A stretch of DNA of 53,688 bases from assembly GCA_019828565.1 (NCBI GenBank), contig JAHDYR010000057.1, positions 1 through 53,688 of the forward strand, written 5' to 3'. Shown here piece by piece: positions 33,318 through 43,600 of this stretch. Source of the stretch: Carpediemonas membranifera BICM (taxonomy: Eukaryota > Protista > Fornicata). Under the pieces are notes generated by a model, which was not told where the DNA came from, did not search any database, and saw only the letters and a list, made by a program, of their open reading frames with translations. A program made the position numbers and the translations under genes. The number at the start of each line of letters is the position of its first letter. Position 1 is the first letter of the stretch.

Positions 33318-34399
33318 ATGTCGTCGTCAACTCAGTTGATGTCGGACAACGCAGCCGTAGAGGCAATTCTGGATACCATTCGCGCGAAAATCGTCGAAAT
33401 TGGTGACGAGGAACTCACCAAGCCTCTTGTTTCCGCCCATTCCGCCGTATGTCGCTCTCTTCGTGCTCAAACACGTACTCAGCGCAAGCGCTTGGCCTCC
33501 GGTAACCTGTAAGTAACAAATATCAATCAACCACTCATCCAGGCACCGTGTACAAGCCGCAGAGCGTGTTACTCGACCCGTGACGGCATCTATGAATCTT
33601 CCCCGCGACATCAGAGCTGAGGTCTCCCGGCGCCTGAATGGCTACAGCAACTCGATTGAAATGCCTCTTCAGCGTATCTTCGACGCCATTGAGCAGGGTC
33701 GCCTCCACGACGCCGCGGTAGTCACCGATGTTAAGAAGTCTCGCCAGATTCTTAACCTCGTGGCTTACTGCCAGTTCGCTCTCGCTGGGGTGGTGACCCA
33801 CCTCAAGATCAAGCTGTGCCCGACGCTCACTGATGGCGATATCGTCTCAGCAGCCCTCCGGAGTGGCGACATCAGCCTGACCGGTAGTGGGCGCTACTCT
33901 GCCGGGCTCGTGGCCGCAGTTCGCGCTGCTGCCGGTGTCACGTCGGATACCACGGCTCGCGGATACCTCAACCGCCTGCTGATCCTCGTCCTCTCGCCCG
34001 ATTACTTCCGAGTGGCACTCTTCGGGATCAGCCGCTGCATCTCAGCTCCCAGCGCCTTCTGGGCGACCCTGGTCGACGAGCTGTGTCGCGAGGGTCACCT
34101 GCCTGCGATCGGTGACGAGGTCCACTGGGAGCCTATTCAGGTCTCGGACCCGGACCGTTACTACACCGTGACGTGTGTTGTCCGTCATGAATTCCTCAAA
34201 ACGACTCGTGGACCTGGGACCTTCGCTCTCATACTCCAGTATGAGGGGTTACTCTGGCCTCAGCATCGTCTGGCTGAACGCCGATCTCTGTCTCGTCCGT
34301 TGTGTGCGCGACTATCTTGCTGAGCACGATCTTGAGCGCCACGCTGACGCGTCTTGGTTGGTCGAGCTGACCGATACCGAGGAGTCGGACGACGAATAA
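33318..34399 (+). CDS. Antisense accessory gene inside element A (~348 aa after splicing 33509-33542 and correcting one extra G at 34245-34248); chromodomain-like C-terminus
   Basis: A GTAAGT…CCAG 34-nt intron joins ORF 33252-33512 to 33580-34323 in frame. The C-terminal part reads YTVTCVVRH…LILQYEG/YSGLSIVWLNADL…VRDYL, then an acidic tail. Confidence 0.7.
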
Positions 34400-34441
34400 A
34401 TCTGATGACTTGACGCTGGAGCGATTAGATGTGGTGAAGAT

Positions 34442-37400
34442 TTATAGACCGTCCAGTTTGGCTTGGTCAGACTTCAAATATATATCTAATGCTTCCAGGT
34501 CCTTGACGGAGTCCCAATCCTGCCATGTCGCCTCCTCGTCCTCGAAACCAGACCAGTGAACGCGGTATTCGCGTTTGGTTCGTGTTCCGTTCCCTCGCGA
34601 TTTGGAAATACGGTCCACTTCCCACTCATCGTTCGCCGTGGCGGCCAAGTCCTTGATCTCTCGCTCGGATAGATTGCCAGGGTTAAATCTGCGTACGCGC
34701 GAGGCGTCGACCTTCAATATCTTGCCTTGGCTTCCCTGGTTGAGGTCCTGAACTTCATAGGCGACCGTCACGCCATCTTGCTTAACCGCACTGACCCGTC
34801 GCATGGGCCCTCGCCATCCTGGCATCAGCTTGTTGGGAGGTCTGGCTGGGTACTTGACCAACACGAACCGGCACAGTAACTCCTGACGTGACGATGCGGC
34901 GTTTGCGAGAGCGTCCTCTCTCATTGCCTGAATTCTAGCCTTCGCTAGCTGGATGGCTTGGCCAGCCGCCGCGCGTCTGTCCTGTATTCTGGCGCTAGTC
35001 GAGTGGGTGCAGATGATGATCTCGTTCGGGATCCTGATGTTGACACCTAGTATGATCTCGGATGGTGAGAGGTGAGTGGGTATCCTGGGCGTCGAATTGA
35101 CGATAAATTGTGCGACAGGTAAGTGCTTGACCCAGTCCGCGTCCCGGAAATGGAACTTTCTGGCCTTCAAGATTTTGAGAACTCCACTGTTGGCCCGTTC
35201 GACGATGCCATTAGATTGCGGGTGATGTGGAGTCGTAACATGGGTGTGGAAACCCATCTCGTCGGCCAGGGACTTCATGAGCTGATTGTTAAACTCGGGC
35301 CCGCCGTCAGTCTGTAAGACCTCGGGGCAGCCATAGCGTAAGACCCAGTTATTAACGAACGCCGTAACTGCGGCTTGCGCAGTCGTACCTGTAACTGGAA
35401 CCAACTCGGTCCACCTACTACACATATCTATGATGACGGAGATGTGCGTGAACCCCTGCGACTTGGGGAACGGACCTAAGGTGTCGATGGCTACTCGCTT
35501 AAACGGTTCATCAACGGCGGTATGCAGACCATCCGGTGTATCGACGTGGGGTCTCTCGAGGACTTGGCACACCGGGCAAGCTGCAATCACCTGGTCGACT
35601 GCGGCTCTCGACACCGACAACCCTTCGGCTCTAAGCTTCTCGGTCGTTAGTCGTCGAGATAGATGGGCGCCGGCGGTGGTGTGTGCTTCTTCAATCTCAT
35701 CGGTCGTAGCTTTGCGAGTGAACATAGTAAACACACGGGACAGACCATCTGCGGCTCCATTGTCCAGGCCGGCGACGTGCTTAATCTCAAAGTCCAAGTC
35801 GGAAATGGCATCGGCCCACCTCCTGACTTTCGGGTTGATGCTACGGTACATGAAGGTAAGGTTTCGGTGGTCAGTGAGTATGGAGAAAGGTCCCCAGGCA
35901 AGGAACTTGCGCCAGCGCTGCAAGGCCGCCACAATGGCGTACGCCTCCTTCTCAATCGTTGACCAACGAGACTGTGTGGCGTTGAAGGCCTTCGACATGT
36001 AACAGACAGGCTTGCCCTCTTGCAATAGGACTGCGCCGTACCCCACTCCCGAGGCGTCGGTCATTATAGAATGCTCCTTCGTGGCGTCGAAAATTGCTAG
36101 GGCGTCAGCGGAGGTAAGGTTCTGCTTGAGCTTATCGAGGGCCTCCTGCTGGGCGGTCAGGCCGAGACTTGTGTGACCGGACATAGCTTTGATTAACGGG
36201 TGTCCGATTTCCGCAAAATGGGGGATGTGATCCCGGAAATAGTTGAGGAATCCTACTAGGCCCTGCATGCCCTTGATGGATGTCGGCATCTGGAGATTTG
36301 CGATGTCGTCTACACGGCTGGGTGCGATGCTCACCTGCCCATCATTGACAACCCAACCTAAGAACTCGACCTCCTGCCTGCCGAATTAGCATTTCTCGCG
36401 ATTGAGCTGGAGCTTGACCTTACGCGCACGGTCCAGGACTCTTTCGAGGTTCGCGAGATATTCGGCCTCGTCGCTGCCGAAGACAATAATATCGTCGATG
36501 TAAATGTAACATGAGCTGCCCACGAGCCCGGCGAAGGCGCGCTCCATGGCCTTCTGGAAGTGAGCTCCTGCGTTGCGCAGCCCGAAAGGCATCCGTCGGT
36601 ATTGATACTGCCCTAGTACGGTGGTAAATGCAGTCAGGGGTCTTGATCGTTCTGTCAAAGGGATCTGGTGGTACCCGGACGACAGGTCTAGAGTCGCGAA
36701 GATCTTCTGTCCTGCGAGCTGTGACAGCACCTCGTCGATACGAGGGATGGGGTAGTCGAACGGCTCAGTAAGCTCGTTAATACGGCGGAAATCGACTACG
36801 AAACGCGACTTGCCTCCCTTCTTAGGCACAGTCATAGCTGGGGAAGCGTATTGTGACTGGCAGGCCTCGATATATTTCTTGGCTAGCAGCGTGTCGATGT
36901 GCTCTCTCACGACGTGTATCTTCGCTGGGGGTACATAGTAAGGTCTGGCGTTCACGACCCGATCGTCCTTCAGAACGAGGTCGTACGGCTCTAGCCTGCT
37001 AGGTTCGTCCCGGTCTTGGAATAGATCGGAGAACCTCTTGATCAGTTCGGCTTGACTCTTGGTCGACTGGTCGGATAGACTAAAAATGGCAGCGTTGTGC
37101 TTGAAAGCTTCGGGGACCTGGACTTCGTCCGAGTCTTCCCCTGACTCTACGTTCACGTCGGGGAGGATTCCCAGCTCGACAAGGTGGGGGTACCCCAGGA
37201 CGACGTCGAACTCAGTATCTAGCACAATCAACTCCGGCTTGAAGGACACTGCCTTAGGTGTAAAGGCTGACGGCATGAGTTTGATGTTCCCTTGCACGGA
37301 ACCTTGGGACTGTATAGTTCCCTTGGCTGTACGCACGCTTCGCTCTTCATCTGATATACGCGTCATACCCTTGGTCAGCTTGGGGGATATAGTGGAGCAG

Positions 37401-38379
37401 TTGGCTCCCCGAATCAATCAAGGCAACGACGTCTCGACCCTCGACCTTAACTTTGCACAGAGGTAGGCTATCTTTGCGTTTGTGTGAAGTCATCGAGAAC
37501 AAGGACAAGTACTGTGGGGATTTACAGAACCTGTCAAGGTGTCCGCTCTTCCCGCACTTCTGACACTTGTTCTTGGGCTTCTTACACTCGTAGACGGCGT
37601 GACCCTTACCACCACAGTTATAGCAAATGAACTGTGAATGATCACGTCTGCCCTTCTTGTCGATAGGCTTAGTCGACGCGTGTTCAGGTCTGGTAGCATG
37701 CGAACGGTCTTCGGTGGGACGTGACTGAGGCTTGCGATCGTTGCGTCGGTGGGAGTTACGGCTCGTGTGGTGGTGCTCGGCGTTGGACGGCTTGTCCTGG
37801 AACGCGTTGGCGATCGCGGTGCTCTCTTGGACTGTTCTGGATAGGGCTAGAACGCGCGGCATGGCATCTTCTAGCGACATGTCCTGGATCACCTCCTTGA
37901 TGCGGTACATCGTCTGGTTGGATCCGAACTTGGAAACAACGAACGTATATGTCGCGTAGTGTCTCGAGGGGGAACTCGGGTTGGACGACTGCCATGGTAA
38001 TACGGAACTTCTTGTTGACTCGAGCAACTTCGATAGGGGAGAAGTCCTTGGCGGTGATTCTAAAGAGACGGAGCTTGTTGACTTCTTGAGTAGGTCTGAG
38101 AGCGCGTCCTAGGCGCTTGATGATCTTGAGGTCCTTCTGGGCTCTGGAGCGAGCGGCACGATGATGTTGATTAAGGAGGAGAGGGATCTCTTCCTCCGCG
38201 TCGTCAAGATCGTCCGCTGGTAGGATTGCTGTCACCATCTCCCGAACCTCGCTGTCGATTAGCTTCTCAATGTCTCGCTTGCCCCCTAAGGCGCGGTAAT
38301 CGTTGAACTTGTCCACAAAGATGAACAGTTCGTTCAGATCTGGCGACTTCAGCAACGGGGGATCGGATTTCTTCAGCAT
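34442..38379 (-). pseudogene. gag-pol of element A (two CCHC knuckles, protease, RT, RNase H, integrase, chromodomain); two frameshifts and one in-frame TAA as assembled
   Basis: CYNCGGKGHAVYEC, CQKCGKSGHLDRFC, ALIDSG, LDLSSGYHQI, YIDD, TDASG, TDHRNL, DGGPEF, SNGIVERAN, PGWRGP, WEVDRI…VHWSGF…TWQ. TAA at 36386-36388. Confidence 0.95.
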
Positions 38380-38399
38380 TTGAGGGGAATTAACGTTAA

Positions 38400-38511
38400 T
38401 GTGCCTCGCTAATGCGGAGAATGCTTTTATAGGGAAAGAAGAAGAGAAAACCCTTGTGCCAATAAATGGCTTAAACTGTATAAATGATTAGTGTGGTCTA
38501 TGACCACCACA
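38400..38511 (-). repeat. 5' LTR of element A (112 bp)
   Basis: Direct repeat of 32471-32579; gag ATG 20 nt downstream on the minus strand. Confidence 0.95.
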
Positions 38512-38515
38512 CCTC

Positions 38516-39334
38516 ATGGGGTTCGACCCGGGCGCAAGGTCCATCGGAGGGTATTACATCAGGCACCCCGATGGCACCACCAGCACCGGCGTCCTTCCAA
38601 AGTGCGGATACACTAAGACGCCAAGTTTCGGCTTTGATATGACGGCCGCGTCGTTCAAGAGCACAAGACTAGTGAGTATCAACAACTCTATTAGGTTTGT
38701 GCTGGACAACGCGAACGACATTTTCGAGGCTGGAATGCGTAAGTCTTTCCGCCGAGTGCGCTTTGCGAACCACATCCTTCGCCAGAAGCACTTCGCCCGC
38801 TGCGGCCAACAGTTGGCTCGGGAGTTCGGTTGGCGTCGCCACCATCCCATCGCCACCCCCATTCGCCTGAAAGTCTTCTACGGGAGCTCGGGATTCACCA
38901 CGCCTGCTGGTATGTTCATTCCTTGCGCGCCATATCGAAAGTTCGCGAGAGAGATTGTTCCCCTTCTCAAGGGGTATAACATTGTCGTCGATCTTAACAT
39001 GGTTAACGAGGATCGCACAACCGTCGTCTGCCCTCACTGCCACGCCCCCTACAAGCGAGTTCGTCCGCGTGATGACCAGCACGTTCACCCACATCGTGTG
39101 ATGCTCTGCGAAAATCCACAGTGCCGTGGTGCTCAGTGGCGCGCAACAGTTCCTGATGCTCTGAATGTTGATCATCGGGACAAGAGTGCTGCAGAGAACA
39201 TCTTGTGGCGTTCTCTTGCCACGGAAGATGAGCTCGGTGGCTCTCCGTTCAGTCGCACCTCGATCCCACGTCTTCAAACATCATTCCAGTATCATCAATT
39301 GGCTAACCGCCAACATTCGTCTACGGACGGATGA
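38516..39334 (+). CDS. Fanzor (TnpB/Cas12-related RNA-guided nuclease), RuvC/zinc-finger portion
   Basis: RuvC-I GFDPG; FRRVRFANHILRQK helix; VFYGSSGF; RuvC-II VNEDRTTVVCPHC; HRVMLCENPQC; RuvC-III HRDKSAAENI; terminal PFSR. Confidence 0.9.
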   Translation: MGFDPGARSIGGYYIRHPDGTTSTGVLPKCGYTKTPSFGFDMTAASFKSTRLVSINNSIRFVLDNANDIFEAGMRKSFRRVRFANHILRQKHFARCGQQLAREFGWRRHHPIATPIRLKVFYGSSGFTTPAGMFIPCAPYRKFAREIVPLLKGYNIVVDLNMVNEDRTTVVCPHCHAPYKRVRPRDDQHVHPHRVMLCENPQCRGAQWRATVPDALNVDHRDKSAAENILWRSLATEDELGGSPFSRTSIPRLQTSFQYHQLANRQHSSTDG

Positions 39335-39397
39335 TGTTGTGCAGTTTGGCACTTTGATCGTTCCCTGTCTGGGAGGTTCGAAAAATGTGTTTATACT
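39301..39397 (+). ncRNA. Candidate Fanzor omegaRNA scaffold
   Basis: Hairpin CAACATTCGTC-TACG-GACGGATGATGTTG (cUACGg tetraloop) overlapping the Fanzor stop codon, at the position expected for an omegaRNA. Boundaries uncertain. Confidence 0.4.
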
Positions 39398-39487
39398 CAA
39401 TTTATACACGCTCACGTAAACATCAGCAAAACCGCGCCCCGCGCGGCATGAGGTGACTTGTTGCCTGGTTAGATGGCCGCCGAAGCA

Positions 39488-40695
39488 GCCCCTGTCGGTT
39501 GAAATCATTTACAGTAAACCGCAGCGGGGTAAAAGTGGTCAAAACTGGACGGAGCAGTTTATAGACCGGTGACACTACCTCCCTTTTTGATGAGAAAACC
39601 CCCAACCTGCAAGGAACGGGGGAAAAAGATGGTTAGTAGAGTTTCAGGTTCTTCCTCGCCTTACGGGCCAACCTCTTCATCTCCTCGAGGTGTTTCACTC
39701 CCGAGAGTGGTTCTTCCGTTATGTTTTCGAATCCTACCCACTTGATGGCGGCTGTCCCTTCTTTCCAGTCTACCGATACTACTCGCTCTACCTCCCATTT
39801 TTTCTGGTCGAAGCTTGCAAGTTGAAGCATCATCGTGTCCGTTACGGCATCCGTGTCGAACATCATGAGTTTTTCAATGTGGGTTGATCTGGTCGATCCG
39901 TCGAGTATCGACTGCAGGACTATTCTGTTATTATCAAGTACATCGTGTACCTTCCATGGGCCCCTGTCGGTTGAAATCATTTACAGTAAACCGCAGCGGG
40001 GTAAAAGTGGTCAAAACTGGACGGAGCAGTTTATAGACCGGTGACACTACCTCCCTTTTTGATGAGAAAACCCCCAACCTGCAAGGAACGGGGGAAAAAG
40101 ATGGTTAGTAGAGTTTCAGGTTCTTCCTCGCCTTACGGGCCAACCTCTTCATCTCCTCGAGGTGTTTCACTCCCGAGAGTGGTTCTTCCGTTATGTTTTC
40201 GAATCCTACCCACTTGATGGCGGCTGTCCCTTCTTTCCAGTCTACCGATACTACTCGCTCTACCTCCCATTTTTTCTGGTCGAAGCTTGCAAGTTGAAGC
40301 ATCATCGTGTCCGTTACGGCATCCGTGTCGAACATCATGAGTTTTTCAATGTGGGTTGATCTGGTCGATCCGTCGAGTATCGACTGCAGGACTATTCTGT
40401 TATTATCAAGTACATCGTGTACCTTCCATGGGCCCCTGTCGGTTGAAATCATTTACAGTAAACCGCAGCGGGGTAAAAGTGGTCAAAACTGGACGGAGCA
40501 GTTTATAGACCGGTGACACTACCTCCCTTTTTGATGAGAAAACCCCCAACCTGCAAGGAACGGGGGAAAAAGATGGTTAGTAGAGTTTCAGGTTCTTCCT
40601 CGCCTTACGGGCCAACCTCTTCATCTCCTCGAGGTGTTTCACTCCCGAGAGTGGTTCTTCCGTTATGTTTTCGAATCCTACCCACTTGATGGCGG
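39488..40695 (-). repeat. 472-bp tandem repeat (~2.6 apparently identical copies) of the 3' end of element C: integrase tail + chromodomain + PPT + 82-bp LTR
   Basis: Units start at 39488, 39960 and 40432. They encode RGPWKV…WEVERVV…IKWVGF. PPT AAAAAGGGAGGTAG precedes a TGTC…GACA LTR at 39493-39574, 39965-40046 and 40437-40518. Confidence 0.92.
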
Positions 40696-43600
40696 TGTGA
40701 CCCTAAACTGCGGGAGTTGGTTGCATAAAACTCATTCGTAACACGGCACAATATCGATATTACCGGTGAAATGAAGCAATTCACGACTAATGATCCAGAA
40801 AGCGCAATCCAGGCGCTCGCGGATTACACCACTGCAATTATCCACGAGAGAAACCCAACTTCTTTCATCCAAACGCTCACAGCGGACACGGTCGCGAAGT
40901 TAAAGCGTGATTGGCGTCCGACAGCGAAATTTCCCACTCTTGAGAGCCTCCAGACCTCCATTATGTCTGACGCCGAAGCCCGAGCTCAGGCCCGTTCGGA
41001 CGAGGCTCCGCAAGCTATATCCCACAATCCCACCGCAGATGCAATCGCCAAGCGTTTCGCTGCTGCCTTTGAGGCGGCCTGCAAGCGAGCGCAGTACGCA
41101 GAGTGTGTGCGGGTCTCTTCAAACTTCAAGGACCCGGCCCTCACCAGCCTGACAAAGGAGTCAATCTCGGCAGAGATACAACGCGCAATCCCGGAGGCCA
41201 CTGAGAAGGCCAGGACATTCATCACCTCGTACATGAAGGACCCCGCGGCCAACAGATGGTCCGACCTCTTCAGCGCCGCAACCCCGACTGTCCCCGTGCC
41301 TGACGGGACCGACATGACACTCCCAGATTTCTCTGACAAGGTCCCGGAGCCCACCATAGATGAGAAGCCCGACCTGGCCGCCTGGCCAAAGCGTGCTGAT
41401 TTCCCCGACGTTTACGCTTACCTCCGCGCCGAGGCAAAGGCGATCATCCCCTACATCGTTTATACGCTCCTACCGACCCTCGACATGGGATCGAGACTGA
41501 AGATGGTGCGCGACAAGGCATCCGGCCTTAGATTCTTCGGCCCAGCCGTCGAGCACCGACTCGCCGTCTTCAAGCTACGTAGGATCCTCAACGCTTACGA
41601 TCCATGCGTCCCAGACATCGAGGCACTAACCTACAACTCGACCGAGCGCTTACTGGGGTCGATCTTCCTCAAGGGCTATAGCAAGGACGCCGAGGCTCTT
41701 TACGAGGACATCATCGAGGACCCAGCCGAGTCAATCGACGATCTTCTTTCTCGCCTCGAGAACCTCGACGTCGATCACGACGAACGCGTTATTGTCCCGT
41801 GGCGGGCGTTCGCGGTAACATCCCAACCCGCCGACCAGAAAGACAGCGGCCGTCGCGCCCCTGGCAAGCAAAAAGCCGACAGTACTGCCCCATACAAGCG
41901 ATCCCTATCTCCAGTTCAAAGACAAGCACAAGTATGCCATCCCACAGCACTTCAACAAGTGGTGCAAGTCTCATGGGTGGATCAGTAACCATACGACAGA
42001 GTCATGCAGGTTCCTCGCACGGCAGAAGGACAACCAGTCCAAGGGCACCTCCGGCTCCTCTCAGCCGCGGAAGAACGACCAGAAGCAGACCAGCGGTACG
42101 CAGTCCGACCGTCGGGCCGGCAACATGTTCCTGAGGGACTCCTCAAAGCTTCGCAACTCGCGCGGCCAGCGCGACGTCCATGAAGTCGACAACAACGCCT
42201 CAGATGACGCCGAGTCCGAGGACGAAGGTGACGTCTATGAGGTGGGGGCTGTTGAGATCGACAACGACCCCATCAACGTCCCGGCCACGATCAACGGTGT
42301 CCAAATCAAGACGAAGTTCGATATCGGAGCCTGCGTCTCAGTCATCTCGGAGCCCGCACTAGCGAAGGTCCCGAATTACCAGCTCATCGACACCTCAGTC
42401 GAGCTCTTCGGCGCCGGCGACGAGGTCATCTCCATCGGTAAGGCCGCAAAGGTCGACATCACTCTCCCGTCTATCGATGGCAAGACCGTGCAGGCCACCG
42501 CATTGCTGATGGTGATCCGCGCCAAACGCCGAAAGGTCCTGATCGGCCGCGACCTCCTCAGAAGGTTGGGCTACCTCATGAACGACAGACTGCTGATCCC
42601 GTCATCCGCCACCATCTCCGACAACGACAATCTGCCTCCACACCCGTATCTCGACTCCTGCACAGATGAGATTGATGTTGATAACGAGTGGAAGAAGGTC
42701 CGAATCCCTTACGATGACAATCCAGACCTCACTAAGTGGCTCGAAGGCTTCCTATACGAACGCCGCGAGCTCTTCGGCGAGCTGCCAGAGGACGGCAGCG
42801 AGTTGCGTCCACACAAGATCACCCTGAAGCCTGGCGACCACAGGCTCCAGAAGGCAAGACCACGCCCCCTTAAGGGTTCCCAAGCGTCCAGCGCCGCCGC
42901 TGAAATCGACAAGATGCTCCAACAATTAGTCATCCGCCCAAGTGACTCGCCGTACTCATCCCCACACGTGATGGCGAAGAAGAAGAACGGTGAGGACAGG
43001 TTCTGCGTCGCGTATAACGTTCTGAATGAAGCCACCGAAGACGATCGCTACCCGACACCAGATATCCGCTCCTTCGTCCATGAGGCAAGCGGCTGCTCAC
43101 TCTTCGGCACGCTCGACCTCCGAAGCGGCTACTGGCAGCAACGTATGGACCCCGACAGCGTCTCACTCACCGCCTTCACTATCCCAGGCGGTCATTACGA
43201 GTTTCTTCGTACCCCCTTCGGGCTCAAGAATGCCCCGGCCAAGTTCCAGAGAGCGATGGACGAGGTGTTGGAAGACTGCAAGAGCTCCAAAGCCTACGTC
43301 GACGATATCTTCACTTACTCGCACACGGAGGAAGAGTTCAAGAGCGCCATCACGGATCTCTTCGATCATCTACTGGCGGCCAACGTCAGACTGAAGGCCG
43401 ACAAGTGTGCCCTCGGCCTCTCCGAGGTTGAGGTGTGCGGCTTCATCGTTAACGAGATGGGCAGATCCGTTGCCCCCGCTCGAGTCCAGGCCATCCGCGA
43501 CCTCTTTCCTCCGACCACCACGTCGGAACTCCGTCGATCCCTCGGCAAGTTCAACTACTTGTCGAATTACATTCCCCATCTCGCCGACGCCGCAGCACCT

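Larger units (their letters stand above)
32471..38511 (-). mobile_element. Element A: full-length Ty3/Gypsy chromovirus LTR retrotransposon with 4-bp TSD (CCTC)
   Basis: LTRs 32471-32579 and 38400-38511 (TGT…ACA; one substitution and one 3-bp indel). CCTC at 32467-32470 and 38512-38515. PPT TGGAGGGGCAG (minus strand) abuts the 3' LTR. Order gag-PR-RT-RH-IN-CHD. Confidence 0.95.

Noticed and set aside
36386-36388. In-frame TAA in RT (and TAA at 32246) as evidence of a TAA=Gln code or programmed read-through
   Set aside because: Host genes here end in TAA/TAG normally (RPS3, cathepsin B, SAC1); a nonsense mutation or error is simpler.
39488-40695. CRISPR-like array near the Fanzor
   Set aside because: Units are 472 bp and identical, with no unique spacers; they are retrotransposon-derived.
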